A stretch of 64,000 nucleotides of DNA. Source: Candidatus Binataceae bacterium. GTDB taxonomy: Bacteria > Desulfobacterota > Binatia > Binatales > Binataceae. The DNA lies in contig DATFSZ010000114.1 in assembly GCA_035262365.1 (NCBI GenBank), forward strand, positions 3,951 to 67,950. The letters are read 5' to 3'. The position numbers were made by a program, and so were the translations under genes. Of this stretch, positions 29,827 through 39,578 are shown piece after piece (position 1 is the first letter of the stretch; every line of letters begins with the position of its first letter). The notes under the pieces were generated by a model, which saw only the letters and a list, made by a program, of their open reading frames with translations, was not told the origin of the DNA and ran no database searches.

Positions 29827-30618
29827 CTAGTATGCCCCTCGGCCCAGCAGCACCGCCGGAATCGTCTTCAGCAGCAACTTGATATCCATCCACACCGACT
29901 GGGACTCGATATACGCGGAGTCCAGTTCCACCTGTTGCGCGAAGGGAATGTCGGAGCGTCCGGACACCTGCCAGACACAGGTGATGCCGGGTTTGACCTC
30001 GAGCCGGCGCCGATCGGACGGCGTATATTGGCTGACTTCGCTCGGCACCGGCGGCCGCGGACCCACCAGCGACATGTCGCCCTTCAAAACGTTCCATAGC
30101 TGCGGCAGTTCATCGATTGAGGCTCGGCGAATATAACGTCCCACCCTGGTTATGCGCGGATCCTGCTTCATCTTGAACGTAACGCCGCCGCTCATCTCGT
30201 TGCTTGCCGCCAGCGCAGTCTTGCGCGCCTCGGCATCTATATACATTGAGCGAAACTTGTATATCTGGAATGGTTTGCCCCATTTTCCGATTCGAGACTG
30301 TTTGAAAAGAACGGAGCCGGGCGAATCCATTCGAATGAGCAGTGCAATTGACGCCAGCATTGGCGCCAGAACGATTAGGAGGAAAACAGATCCGGCTATG
30401 TCTATCACACGTTTAAGTGCTCGCGTGCTGCCGATAACCGTCATCCACACCGACCGCTTGAACGCCGCCCGCAGCCGCACTGAGCGGCTCAGGCGCCCAC
30501 TTGAGGAGTAACGCTTGAGCAGACGGTCGCGGAACTCCAAGGCCTTCTGATGCTGCATCCTCGATTCCACGCGCGGTTTGTTTAAATCGACAAACGTTGG
30601 TTTGCGCTCGGCTTCCAT
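29827..30618 (-). CDS. canonical monotopic polyprenyl-phosphate phosphoglycosyltransferase (bacterial sugar transferase, PglC/WbaP-C type), priming enzyme
   Basis: It carries the full motif set: KFRSM, IDELPQLWNVLKGDMSLVGPRPP and KPGITCVWQVSGRS. Confidence 0.85.
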   Translation of the reverse strand: MEAERKPTFVDLNKPRVESRMQHQKALEFRDRLLKRYSSSGRLSRSVRLRAAFKRSVWMTVIGSTRALKRVIDIAGSVFLLIVLAPMLASIALLIRMDSPGSVLFKQSRIGKWGKPFQIYKFRSMYIDAEARKTALAASNEMSGGVTFKMKQDPRITRVGRYIRRASIDELPQLWNVLKGDMSLVGPRPPVPSEVSQYTPSDRRRLEVKPGITCVWQVSGRSDIPFAQQVELDSAYIESQSVWMDIKLLLKTIPAVLLGRGAY

Positions 30619-30650
30619 AATCTATATTTTACAAACACTATATTCCGCGC

Positions 30651-31970
30651 TTATTCAGGCTGGTCTCTGACTTCCTTCCATACGCGGTATAGAAATAGCG
30701 GGTTGCCGATCAGGTAGCGGCGCCACATTCGTCCCGGTTCTTGCGTGAGCCGCCATACCCATTCGAGGCCGATCTCGCGCAGCCACATTGGAGCGCGGGG
30801 GATGTTGCCGGAATAGAAGTCGAACAGGCCGCCGACGCCGATCAAAACCGGCGGCCAGAGTTCCGCGCGATGAGCCGCCAGCCACAAGTCTTGTCTGGGC
30901 GCGCCCATTGCCACGAGCAGGATTTTGGCACCAGACGAATTGATTTGATGTATTACGGCCGGCGTATCTGCGGCGGCAAAAAACCCGTCATGAGCTCCGG
31001 CGATCGGCAGTTGCAGATATTTCAGTTGCATCGCGGCAGCGGCCGCGGCGGCAACCGAGGGCTGCGCGCCGAGCAGAAAGAGCGGGATTTCTTCGGCGGC
31101 GGCACGCGCGCATAGTTGCGGGAAAAGGTCCGTGCCGTTAACGTTCTCGAGCATCGGCGTGCCTTTCATACGGCCGCCCAGATGGATTCCAATCCCGTCC
31201 GGCAGCACCCGCTCCGATTCCATCAGGACCTGACGGTAGTCGGAGTTAGTATAGGCTATGTTCAGACAGTCCGGATTCACGAAGCATAGTTGTGAGCGAG
31301 ATCCTGCCTGCGCGCGGCTGATAATCCATTCGACCGCCTCGTTCATACTGGTGTTGGTGATGTCGATGCCGAAGAAGCTCAGGATTGGGGCGGCTTCGGC
31401 GGCGGCGCTGTTACGCAGAACGGAGCCCGGTATCGCGCGGGCCATCAAGCCCAGGTCGGCGCGCAGGCTTTGGCCGTAATAGAACTGGCGGTCGAGGTCG
31501 TGCTCGCTCTCGTAGGCCACGCCTATGCCTTTGCGCAGCCAATAAGCTGAGACGATTCCGGGGCGAATCCAAAAGCGCACCTGTCCATCCAGCGGGACCG
31601 CCAATGCTTCCTGCGGAGTAAGCGGGCGCGGCCCTGCAAAGGACATGTCGCCCTTGACTACGTTGATCAGCACTGCCAACGAGCGGCCCGGGGCCGCGGT
31701 GGCGAAGGACAGCAGCGCAAAGGGCGTCCTGAAGCGGCCGACGGCCGCTGTGCGATCGAAGGCACGCCCCGTCTTTGCCCTGGCATAGATTGCGCGCAGC
31801 AGCATCAAGGGCGACAACGCCAGGAGTGCGGCCAACGCAGCGCTGAAGTCCAAAAGGCGGCGGACTGCTTCCTCCACGAATATCCAGGCGGCGGCGAACT
31901 GCCGCACCCGGGCGGCGCGCATGCGACGCGGCCGGCGCCCCAGCGGACCGGGTATTTCAACCGTCTCCAT
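30651..31970 (-). CDS. fusion: degenerate PGT-like N-terminal domain + WecG/TagA/CpsF (GT26) glycosyltransferase
   Basis: The N-terminal part reads RRLLDFSAALAALLALSPLMLL...LINVVKGDMSFAGPRP...RPGIVSAYWL but lacks KFRxM and the DE of DELPQ. The C-terminal part (LLVAMGAPRQDLW...GVGGLFDFYSGNIPRAPMWLREIGLEWVWRLTQEPGRMWRRY) is typical GT26. Confidence 0.7.
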   Translation of the reverse strand: METVEIPGPLGRRPRRMRAARVRQFAAAWIFVEEAVRRLLDFSAALAALLALSPLMLLRAIYARAKTGRAFDRTAAVGRFRTPFALLSFATAAPGRSLAVLINVVKGDMSFAGPRPLTPQEALAVPLDGQVRFWIRPGIVSAYWLRKGIGVAYESEHDLDRQFYYGQSLRADLGLMARAIPGSVLRNSAAAEAAPILSFFGIDITNTSMNEAVEWIISRAQAGSRSQLCFVNPDCLNIAYTNSDYRQVLMESERVLPDGIGIHLGGRMKGTPMLENVNGTDLFPQLCARAAAEEIPLFLLGAQPSVAAAAAAAMQLKYLQLPIAGAHDGFFAAADTPAVIHQINSSGAKILLVAMGAPRQDLWLAAHRAELWPPVLIGVGGLFDFYSGNIPRAPMWLREIGLEWVWRLTQEPGRMWRRYLIGNPLFLYRVWKEVRDQPE

Positions 31971-32502
31971 CGCGCTCCGCTGCCGGCCGTGAGTTGGACG
32001 AATCCTTGCGCGGAATGATTCGCGCCGGCACTCCGACCGCGATCGAGTTGGCTGGAATGTCGGTGAGGACTACTGCGTTCGCGCCGATCGCTACGTCGTC
32101 GCCGATACTAATCGTGCCCAGGATTTTGGCGCCGGCGCCGATATCGACGCGGTTGCCGATCGACGGAGCGCCGCGCACTCCCGTATGCCGCAGTCCGACC
32201 GTGACGCCGTTGCGCACTACCACGTCGTCGCCGAAGCGGGTATCGCCGCTGATTATGATGTCGCCAAAATGCTCGATCCTAAATCGCCGTCCCATCTCGA
32301 CCTCGCAGGGCAGGTCGATTCCGGTCGCGATCTGGCTAATCAACTTGAGCGCCTTGTAGGCGATCGAAAACGGCAGCCGCAGGAAGCGGTTACCAATTCG
32401 ATAGCGCCAGCGTCCGAAGCGATATATCGCCATTACCCAGAGTCCCTGGCGGCTCCAGTCCCCTTCGTACGTCTTGATATCTTCTCGCAGGTTGTCGAAC
32501 AT
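31957..32502 (-). CDS. hexapeptide-repeat O-acetyltransferase (serine acetyltransferase-like, EPS type)
   Basis: I prefer the ATG at 32502 (MFDNLREDIKTYEGDW...). LbH repeats: IGNRVDIGAGAKILGTISIGDDVAIGANAVVLTDIPANSIAVGVPARI. Confidence 0.7.
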   Translation of the reverse strand: MFDNLREDIKTYEGDWSRQGLWVMAIYRFGRWRYRIGNRFLRLPFSIAYKALKLISQIATGIDLPCEVEMGRRFRIEHFGDIIISGDTRFGDDVVVRNGVTVGLRHTGVRGAPSIGNRVDIGAGAKILGTISIGDDVAIGANAVVLTDIPANSIAVGVPARIIPRKDSSNSRPAAERDGDG

Positions 32503-32534
32503 CGCTTTCGTACCGCCGGTTGAATCGCGCTCGC

Positions 32535-33524
32535 TTACCACGGCTTGGGCGGGCAGATGAGGCCGCCGCGGGTATCGCGCCAGGCTTGCTGCGACGCCGC
32601 CACCATGAGCTGTGAGTCCTCTGCCTTGGCCAGACTGTTCGGGTCGCGGCGCCGGCGCGCCAAAAGCGCGCGCAGCCGATACCACTGGGCCTCCGCGTTC
32701 ATCGCGCAGAACGCTCCCGCGAACCCATGATGCTTGCGGTAATAGAGGTAACCGGCGCGCATCCGCCACAGGGTCAGCTGCCGCCCCGACGACGACATCG
32801 ACAGGCGCGTGACGGTCTTGGATGACTCGCCGCCCAGATGCACCACGACCACGTCGGGCCAGTACCAGACCTGGTAGCCGGCGGCCTTGACCCGCCGGCA
32901 CAGGTCGACTTCCTCGTAGTAGAGAAAAAAGCGTTCGTCAAAATAACCAATCTGCTCGAGCAAGTCGCGCCGGATGATACTGTAGGCGCCCGGCACCCAG
33001 TCCACCTGCGCCGGTTGCTGTTGGTCAGCCCAGGTGCGATCGAAGCGGCCGAAGAAGCGCGAATGCGCATATTTCGCCGCCAGGCCGGAGAGGGCGAGAA
33101 AATCGTTCAGCACCGAGGGAAACGTCCGCGCCGAGGGCTGCCACGAACCGTCGCGGCCAATCAGCCGGGCGCCGGCCAGGCCGACCCGCGGTGCGCGGTC
33201 CATTTTTTCCACCGAGCGGCGCAGCGCGTCGGTTTCGGGAAACGCGTCGGAGTTGAGCAGCACCACGTAGCGGCCGCGCGCGACCGCGAAGCCGCGGTTG
33301 TTGGCGGCGGCGAAGCCCAAATTGATATCGCTGCGAATGAGCTTAATCTCGGGAAATTCCGCGTCGATCATCTCGGCGGAGCTGTCGCGCGACGCGTTGT
33401 CGACCACGATCGTCTCCAGGCTGACGCCGTCGGCTTGACGATAAAGCGTGCCGATACACTCGCGCAGCAGGTCGCGCGTATTGAACGAAACGATCACCAC
33501 CGAAACGTCAGGCGCCGGACTCAT
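32535..33524 (-). CDS. glycosyltransferase family 2
   Basis: The ATG at 33524 forms an ATGA overlap. Motifs: VSVVIVSFNTRDLL...VDNASRDSS...LLNSDA. Confidence 0.8.
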   Translation of the reverse strand: MSPAPDVSVVIVSFNTRDLLRECIGTLYRQADGVSLETIVVDNASRDSSAEMIDAEFPEIKLIRSDINLGFAAANNRGFAVARGRYVVLLNSDAFPETDALRRSVEKMDRAPRVGLAGARLIGRDGSWQPSARTFPSVLNDFLALSGLAAKYAHSRFFGRFDRTWADQQQPAQVDWVPGAYSIIRRDLLEQIGYFDERFFLYYEEVDLCRRVKAAGYQVWYWPDVVVVHLGGESSKTVTRLSMSSSGRQLTLWRMRAGYLYYRKHHGFAGAFCAMNAEAQWYRLRALLARRRRDPNSLAKAEDSQLMVAASQQAWRDTRGGLICPPKPW

Positions 33525-34708
33525 TTGGCTCCCCCCTGGGTGTTGTGGCGGGCCGTACGCACCCAATCGGCGTTCTTGCGGGCCGCCCGGCCAATCGCCG
33601 GCGCCAGCGCGAGTTTCCAGATGATATAAAAGGGAGCGAACGCCAGCGCCGCGAAATCGGCGATCGTACCCCCGCCCACCACGATCGCCGCCCCGACGTG
33701 TGCAACGACCACCCCCAGCGCCGCCGCCCCATACCATCGCGCAGCCGCCAAAGGTATCGCCAGCGTCAGCATCAGCAGGGCGGCGTGAAAGGCCAGCGGC
33801 AGCAGCAGCAATTCCAAAAGCGGCTCGGCCAGCGCGAACCGCCCGGCGCCAAGGTCAGCCAGCAGAATCGGAACCTGCTCGCGGATCATTCGTATCCGTC
33901 CACCCTCCCAGCGGGCGCGCTGCGTGCCCGCCGCCGATCCCGCGGCCGGCATCTCACCCCACACCGAGGTCCGATCGGCGAAGCGTACTCTTTTGCCGGC
34001 GCGGACCAGGCGCAGGTGATATTCGAGATCCTCGACCACCGAATGCGCGTCGTAAGGAACCGCGCTCAGCGTTGCGCGGGTAAGTGCGAAGCCATTGCCC
34101 AGGATGCCGGCCGACAGCCGCAGCCGATCGCGTCCGCGCGGTCGCAGCACGTTAAACGCCATCAGCGCGACGTTCATCAAGCGGGTGCGCATCGAAGCGC
34201 CCGGATTGAGCACTCCGTAGCGGCATTGCACCGCGTCCGCGCCGCCGGCCAGCATGCGCTCAATCTCAGCGACGAAGTTCGGCTCGACGGCCGAATCGGC
34301 GTCGACCACCGCCAGTGCGTCGAATCCCTCCGCGAGCAGGATCCCGAAGGCATACCTGAGCGCGTAGCCCTTGCCGCGGCGGGTGCGGTCCTCGCGCACG
34401 ATCACCCGCGCGCCCGCGCCGCCCGCGCGCTCGGCGGTGCGGTCCTCGCAGTTGTCGGCCACCACCACGATTGAATGCCGCGAATCGGCCGGCACGCATC
34501 GCCTGAGGCTCGTGACCGCGCCGGCAACCCCGCGCTCCTCGTTGTGAGCGGGCACGACCACCGCGATGCGGCCGACGTGCCGAGTGGAGGTTGGCTCGGT
34601 GCGGGCGGGAAGGCATCCGGCAACCGTGAGGATGATCAACTCGACGCATCCGGGCAGCGTCAGAGCACAAAGCGCAAGTGCCGCCAGCGCCCCAATTGCC
34701 GCGATCAA
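33521..34708 (-). CDS. membrane-embedded glycosyltransferase family 2
   Basis: An N-terminal TM segment, then IAVVVPAHNEE...VVADNCEDRT...VVDADS, then C-terminal TM segments. The TTG start forms a TTGA overlap with the upstream stop. Confidence 0.75.
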   Translation of the reverse strand: MIAAIGALAALALCALTLPGCVELIILTVAGCLPARTEPTSTRHVGRIAVVVPAHNEERGVAGAVTSLRRCVPADSRHSIVVVADNCEDRTAERAGGAGARVIVREDRTRRGKGYALRYAFGILLAEGFDALAVVDADSAVEPNFVAEIERMLAGGADAVQCRYGVLNPGASMRTRLMNVALMAFNVLRPRGRDRLRLSAGILGNGFALTRATLSAVPYDAHSVVEDLEYHLRLVRAGKRVRFADRTSVWGEMPAAGSAAGTQRARWEGGRIRMIREQVPILLADLGAGRFALAEPLLELLLLPLAFHAALLMLTLAIPLAAARWYGAAALGVVVAHVGAAIVVGGGTIADFAALAFAPFYIIWKLALAPAIGRAARKNADWVRTARHNTQGGAK

Positions 34709-36936
34709 GGCTGCTGTCCTCCCGGTTGCGCCGCCGTCAAGGCCGCCAGTCCGTATGGCGGCAGCGTCACCATTACGCCGTTGCCAACCACGGTGGGCAG
34801 GGACTGCGCGATTTCCACCTGAGGGCGCTCCTCGTTGGTCGAAAACGGCGACTTCGATTCCAGCCGCAGGATTCGAGCGGGTAGCCCAGCTCCCCGTTGT
34901 CCGGGGAATTCAATCCGGACCGTCATCGGCTTATCCGCCGCCGAGGCCACTACTGCGGACCATCGCGTCCCGTTGAGGAAGGCCGCGGCCGAGACCTTTG
35001 AGCTGTTGGCCGAAACCGGGTAGAAGCTGCCGCCGAAGGCTTGGTTTAGCATCGCGATTGCAAGTCCGGTTGGACGCAAACGCGGGGCGCCGGCCAGATC
35101 GCGCGTGACGCCCCACAGCCGGGCGAAGCCGCCGCGCGCTGCGGTTGACGCGTCAAACCCGGCCAACACGTAGGGACACTGGATTGTGGCGCCGCGGTTA
35201 AGCGACTCAATTATCCGCCACGCAATCGCGGTGCCCGACGCCGCGCCCGCGATCAGCGAATTGCGCTCGGAATCGGGCGCGTCGCCGCCGATGGTATGGA
35301 GGTTGACTTCGTAAACCGCGAGGTCCTTCTTGAACCGCTCCACAATGCGAGCGATCGCCGGCAGGCCCGCTGCGGAATCCTCGAACAGGGCCGCCAGAGG
35401 TTCGGGCGGCGGCGCGGCCGCCAGCGAATACAAAAAGTATGGAGCGACAGCCAACGTGTCGGCGGCCGGTGCATTCGCGGCCAGGCGCGCGTCAAGGCCG
35501 GGGTTGGCGTACTGCCCGCCCACGATCATCCGCAGCGGCGGCGCCGCTCCGGCGCCCTCGCGGATCAGCCGGAACGCGCGGCTGGCCACGGCGCCATAGG
35601 TTTGCGGATCCGGTATGGCCGCAGGCCGGAAAATCGCGTTCCAGTTCTCGTTGCCGAATTCGAGCGCGATCTCGTCGAATCGCCGCGCGGCGTTTTGCGC
35701 CGCCAGAAATTTGCCCAGCCCAACCAGCTCCGAGTCCGAGAAGGTAGCCGGCACCACGATCCACGGACGCGCATCGACGCGCCGGCACAGATCGAGAAAA
35801 TCAGGCAGCGAATAACCAAACTGGGTCTGGTCGCCGGGCCGGTAGCGGGTGGGATGGCGCGCAAAGGCCGGCGCGATCCGGTTGGCCAGCGTATCGGCCA
35901 ACTGTCCCTGCCAGTCGCGCAGGTAGCCCGGATGAAGCGCGCGCAACGCGGCGATCACTTCTGCGCGAAACGGTGTCGGCGCGGAATTCATGGCGCGCAA
36001 ATCGACGTCGTCCAAAAGCACGCGGCCCCCAGCCGTCCCCGCCGCGGAAAAGCGCAGCTCCAACGTCGCGCACGGCGCCTCCTCGTCCTGGCCGTCGAAA
36101 TCAAGCGAAGTCATCTGCCACGAACCGGAGGGCTCAATCCTGCGGTCGAGAAACGGCGCAGACCCGACCCGGCCGAAGCTAACCCGTAGCGCGGCTTGTG
36201 CGCTTCCGATCGGCGCCATGACGCCGTCCACGCGGCTCCAGAACAGCAGACGCCACGGCCCGTTGACCGGCAGCAACTTGCCGGCACGATCGGTAATCGC
36301 GTCCAGGTAGGAACTCACCTGCGCCGGAGCGCCGGTGCCCAGCGTCAAACTCAAGGCGCTGTGGCCGGGGCTGCCGGGCCGATGTTCGGCGTTCTCGACG
36401 CTGACCCGGTGGGCGGAGGACCGCGCTACCCACCAATTGGCGGCAGGCCCCGGCTCGCTCTCCCGCGTAATCGCGACCACGTCGCCGGCGGCCAGATGAG
36501 CCGGCATCGGGTCGGCTTCATAAAACGGCATCCCATGCGGCCCGGCCGGCTTGGAGCCCACCAACACTCCCTCAATCCCGGCGCCGGCGCCGCTGCGCAC
36601 GTCGTAATGCGCGCCGCGCCAGAAATCGCCGGGCCGTGCCAGCCAGGATTGGTCGTCCTCGAAACCGCGCGCGTCAACTTCACTGATGATCACAAGCGCG
36701 CGGTCGATGGTGGTCTCGAAGCCCGGATTCATCAGCACGTTGGAGCTGAGCTGCTCGGCTCCCCATGAAGTCCAGGTGCCCAGGTTAACTCCGAGCCGCG
36801 CGACGTTGCGCCGCGCCGGCTGCGCGCTCACTCTGAGAAGGATCGGCTGGCCGGGGCGCGGCGCGTTTGGTCGCGCGATCAGGACCGACAACGCCGCCAG
36901 GCTCACGGCACCCAGGATGAAGCTGCGCGCCCTCAC
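34705..36936 (-). CDS. secreted hypothetical protein, possible clan GH-A glycoside hydrolase
   Basis: Track ORF 34705..37470. Its first 178 codons overlap the upstream GT gene, so I prefer the GTG at 36936 (GTGA overlap). That start gives a signal peptide, VRARSFILGAVSLAALSVLIARP. Candidate acid/base motif IALEFGNENWN and candidate nucleophile LAVYEVNLH. Confidence 0.45.
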   Translation of the reverse strand: MRARSFILGAVSLAALSVLIARPNAPRPGQPILLRVSAQPARRNVARLGVNLGTWTSWGAEQLSSNVLMNPGFETTIDRALVIISEVDARGFEDDQSWLARPGDFWRGAHYDVRSGAGAGIEGVLVGSKPAGPHGMPFYEADPMPAHLAAGDVVAITRESEPGPAANWWVARSSAHRVSVENAEHRPGSPGHSALSLTLGTGAPAQVSSYLDAITDRAGKLLPVNGPWRLLFWSRVDGVMAPIGSAQAALRVSFGRVGSAPFLDRRIEPSGSWQMTSLDFDGQDEEAPCATLELRFSAAGTAGGRVLLDDVDLRAMNSAPTPFRAEVIAALRALHPGYLRDWQGQLADTLANRIAPAFARHPTRYRPGDQTQFGYSLPDFLDLCRRVDARPWIVVPATFSDSELVGLGKFLAAQNAARRFDEIALEFGNENWNAIFRPAAIPDPQTYGAVASRAFRLIREGAGAAPPLRMIVGGQYANPGLDARLAANAPAADTLAVAPYFLYSLAAAPPPEPLAALFEDSAAGLPAIARIVERFKKDLAVYEVNLHTIGGDAPDSERNSLIAGAASGTAIAWRIIESLNRGATIQCPYVLAGFDASTAARGGFARLWGVTRDLAGAPRLRPTGLAIAMLNQAFGGSFYPVSANSSKVSAAAFLNGTRWSAVVASAADKPMTVRIEFPGQRGAGLPARILRLESKSPFSTNEERPQVEIAQSLPTVVGNGVMVTLPPYGLAALTAAQPGGQQP

Positions 36937-38222
36937 CCGTCGGCCTCCAGCCGGCGCCGGAAGATCTCCCCCAAACGTGCGATGTTGAGGTCCAGATTGT
37001 AATGCTCCACCACGCGCCTGCGGCCCGTCTGCGCTAGGCGCCGGCGCAGTTCGGTGTCGTCCATCAGGCGGCGCAACGCGTTGGCCAGCGCGGCTTCGTC
37101 GGAAGGGGCGACCAGCAGGCCGTCCAGCCCGTCGCGGATCAGTTCCGGGATGCCGGTGATGAAGGTGGCGACGCACGGGATCTCCATCGCCATCGCCTCC
37201 ATCAGCACCACCGGGATGCCTTCGGCGAAACTGGCCAGCGCGAAAACGTCGGCAGCCTCGTAGATGGGGCGGATACGATCGGGATTGACGGATCCTTCGA
37301 ACACGACCGCGCCGTCCAGGCCGCGCCGGCGCGCGTCCTCTTGCAGCGCGCTCCGGTCGGGTCCGTCGCCCACCAGGCGCAGGCGCACCCGGCGTCCCTC
37401 GCGCACCAGCCGGTCGACCGCGGCAATCAGGATGTGCTGTCCCTTGGCCGCGACCAGCCGGCCCACGCACAGTATTTCGAATCGATCCGACCCCGCATGC
37501 GCGGCCCGCGGCGCGAATTCATCCAGGAAGACTCCGAGCGGCGCGACTTCCAACTTCCCCCACTGCTCGGGAGGCGACAGTTTCATCAACTGGCTGCGCG
37601 CGTACATGCCGATACAGCAGATGAACGACGCGCCCGCGATTTTTTCCGCCAGGCAGTAACCCGGCGCGTCATAAAACTCGTCGGGTCCGTGCACGGTGAG
37701 CGACAAACCGATCGGATAGGCGCGGGCGGCGATCAGCCCGACGGTGGATGCGGGGGTGGCGAAGTGAACGTGCAGATGCCGCACAGCCGCCGCGCGCATC
37801 CATTCGCCGATCATCACCGCCTCGACGAAGTAGAACATCCCGTAAAGCAGCTTTTTGAGGTCGGTGCCGCCCAGGCGCAACGCGAACATCATCGCGGCCA
37901 GGTACTTAAGCGGGCGGCGCGCGATGGCCGCGAGATGGGCGCTCAGCGCTGCGCTTATTCCGGCCGGTTTGACCATAAAGGTGGCCGCCGCCTCCTCGCG
38001 CTCCTGCCCGGTGAGTTTTTCCGGCGGCCGGTCGGGATGGTTGATCGAAGCGGTGTGAATCTCGAAGCCCAACTCGCGAAGGCGCCGCACCTCGCGCAAT
38101 ATGAAGGTATGCGAGATGCGCGGGTATTCGCTCACCAGGTAGGCGACCTGCACGCGCCCATTGGAATTGCGCACGGTTTGCCCCCCGCCCGCGCCGATCG
38201 CACCTGATTGCCGATCCGCCAT
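36933..38222 (-). CDS. glycosyltransferase family 4 (GT-B, WcaL-like)
   Basis: VAYLVSEYPRISHTFILREV at the N-terminus. C-terminal GT1/GT4 block ASFAEGIPVVLMEAMAMEIPCVAT...PELI. Confidence 0.8.
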   Translation of the reverse strand: MADRQSGAIGAGGGQTVRNSNGRVQVAYLVSEYPRISHTFILREVRRLRELGFEIHTASINHPDRPPEKLTGQEREEAAATFMVKPAGISAALSAHLAAIARRPLKYLAAMMFALRLGGTDLKKLLYGMFYFVEAVMIGEWMRAAAVRHLHVHFATPASTVGLIAARAYPIGLSLTVHGPDEFYDAPGYCLAEKIAGASFICCIGMYARSQLMKLSPPEQWGKLEVAPLGVFLDEFAPRAAHAGSDRFEILCVGRLVAAKGQHILIAAVDRLVREGRRVRLRLVGDGPDRSALQEDARRRGLDGAVVFEGSVNPDRIRPIYEAADVFALASFAEGIPVVLMEAMAMEIPCVATFITGIPELIRDGLDGLLVAPSDEAALANALRRLMDDTELRRRLAQTGRRRVVEHYNLDLNIARLGEIFRRRLEADG

Positions 38223-39578
38223 CAGTACATCACCCGCTTAAAGCGCGGCACCGGCGCCGCGACCGGCTCGCAGCCGGCCTGCGCGGCGTCCCCGCTCCGG
38301 CTCAGCACTAGTCCTTCGGCCCATCCGGTCATCAGAAACAGCACCTGCACCGCCTGCATCCCGAGATACACGGTGGCGATCGACACCATCACGGCCAGGT
38401 ATCCGCCCAGCAATGAGAACGCGAGCGACCCGCCCGGCGAGGACCATGGACGCGCCCATCCGTAGCGCCCCAGCCGCGCGATCATCCAGATGAAGATGGA
38501 CAGCAACAGGGCCAGCGCCGTGACCCCGTGCATCAGCGATAGCAGCAGGTAGTAGTTGTCGATCGACGGCATCCCGGGCACCTTGGGCCATCCGTTGCGG
38601 CCCCAGCCGAAGGCGGCATGCTCCTGCGCGATCGCGATATATTTGTCGAGCAATTCCTTGCGGTACGCGGCGGTCTCCTGCGAGACGGATTTTGCGCCCG
38701 CGCGCCCGACCGAGACGTAGGACTTGAACGCCAGGTAGGCCGGGGTTCCGACCGCGAACACCAGCACCAGGGTGATGGTCAGCGCGCGCGCGATTGGCCG
38801 CGCGCCCCAGCAGGATCGCGATCATGCCGAAGAATTCGCCGATCCAGGGTCCGCGGCACAGCGTCATGAAGCTGCCCGCCGCGATTGCATAGGTCAGGAA
38901 GCGCGCAGGCTTGATCGGCAGCCACTTCATCCGGCCCTCCCAGTAGCCGTTCCATTCCAGCCAGCGCTGGACCCGGTAGGCGACCGCGAAGATCACTCCG
39001 GCCAGGATCGCGTGCCCGTAGGGTCCGGCGATACGCGCAAAGCCGTAGCGGAAGGTGGTGACCCATCCGGTCTGCCCGGGGAAAAAGCGGCTTAGGATCA
39101 TCTGCGCCGGATTGGAACCCATCCTGAATTCGAACACCGAGACGACGGCGACCGCCGCCATCAGTGCGCAAAACTTGCGTGCGAACTCGACGCGTAGTCC
39201 CTGCGGCTCCACCAGCGCCTTGGCCAGCACATAAGGCGCGATGATATTGGCCACGCAGTCGAACATCAGGTTTTGCGAATCGGAGTAGTTGGTGTTGATG
39301 AACTCCGAATACGCCATCTCCAACGCGAGGCCGAAGATCAGCAGGTCGGTTATCGAAAAGCGCCAGCGCCCCCCGCCGCGCATCACGAACAGCGCGAAGA
39401 TCGGAATGATCGCCGCTTCATTGAAAGTGGGATCGGGCAGTCCCGGCAGCACCCAGCGATAGTAGTCGGGCAGCAGTAGGAGGACGGGCAGATACACGTC
39501 GATCAGCGCCAGGGCGGGACCGCGGCGCAAACACACGATAAGCGCGATCAGTCCCGGGATACCGGCGATTGCGGCCAT
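38222..39578 (-). pseudogene. Wzy/O-antigen-ligase-like polytopic membrane protein, frame broken in a (CG)n run at about 38782-38792
   Basis: Track ORF 38238..39701 is membrane-protein-like from the ATG at 39578 up to ...FGMIAILLGRAANRARA, then turns into Arg/Gly-rich nonsense. Track ORF 38222..38767 continues as hydrophobic sequence (..VLVFAVGTPAYLAF...). The span is 3n+1 nt. It is the only polymerase candidate in the locus. Confidence 0.6.

Noticed and set aside
36937-37470. Arg/Gly/Pro-rich N-terminal extensions of track ORFs. Examples are 34705..37470, 44831..47557, 48600..50006, 31957..32901, 42126..43154, 42710..43930, 32535..33737 and 24857..25780.
   Set aside because: The extensions overlap the well-supported upstream gene in another frame and look like nonsense sequence. 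Internal starts give proper signal peptides or family-typical N-termini and tidy 1-14-nt overlaps.
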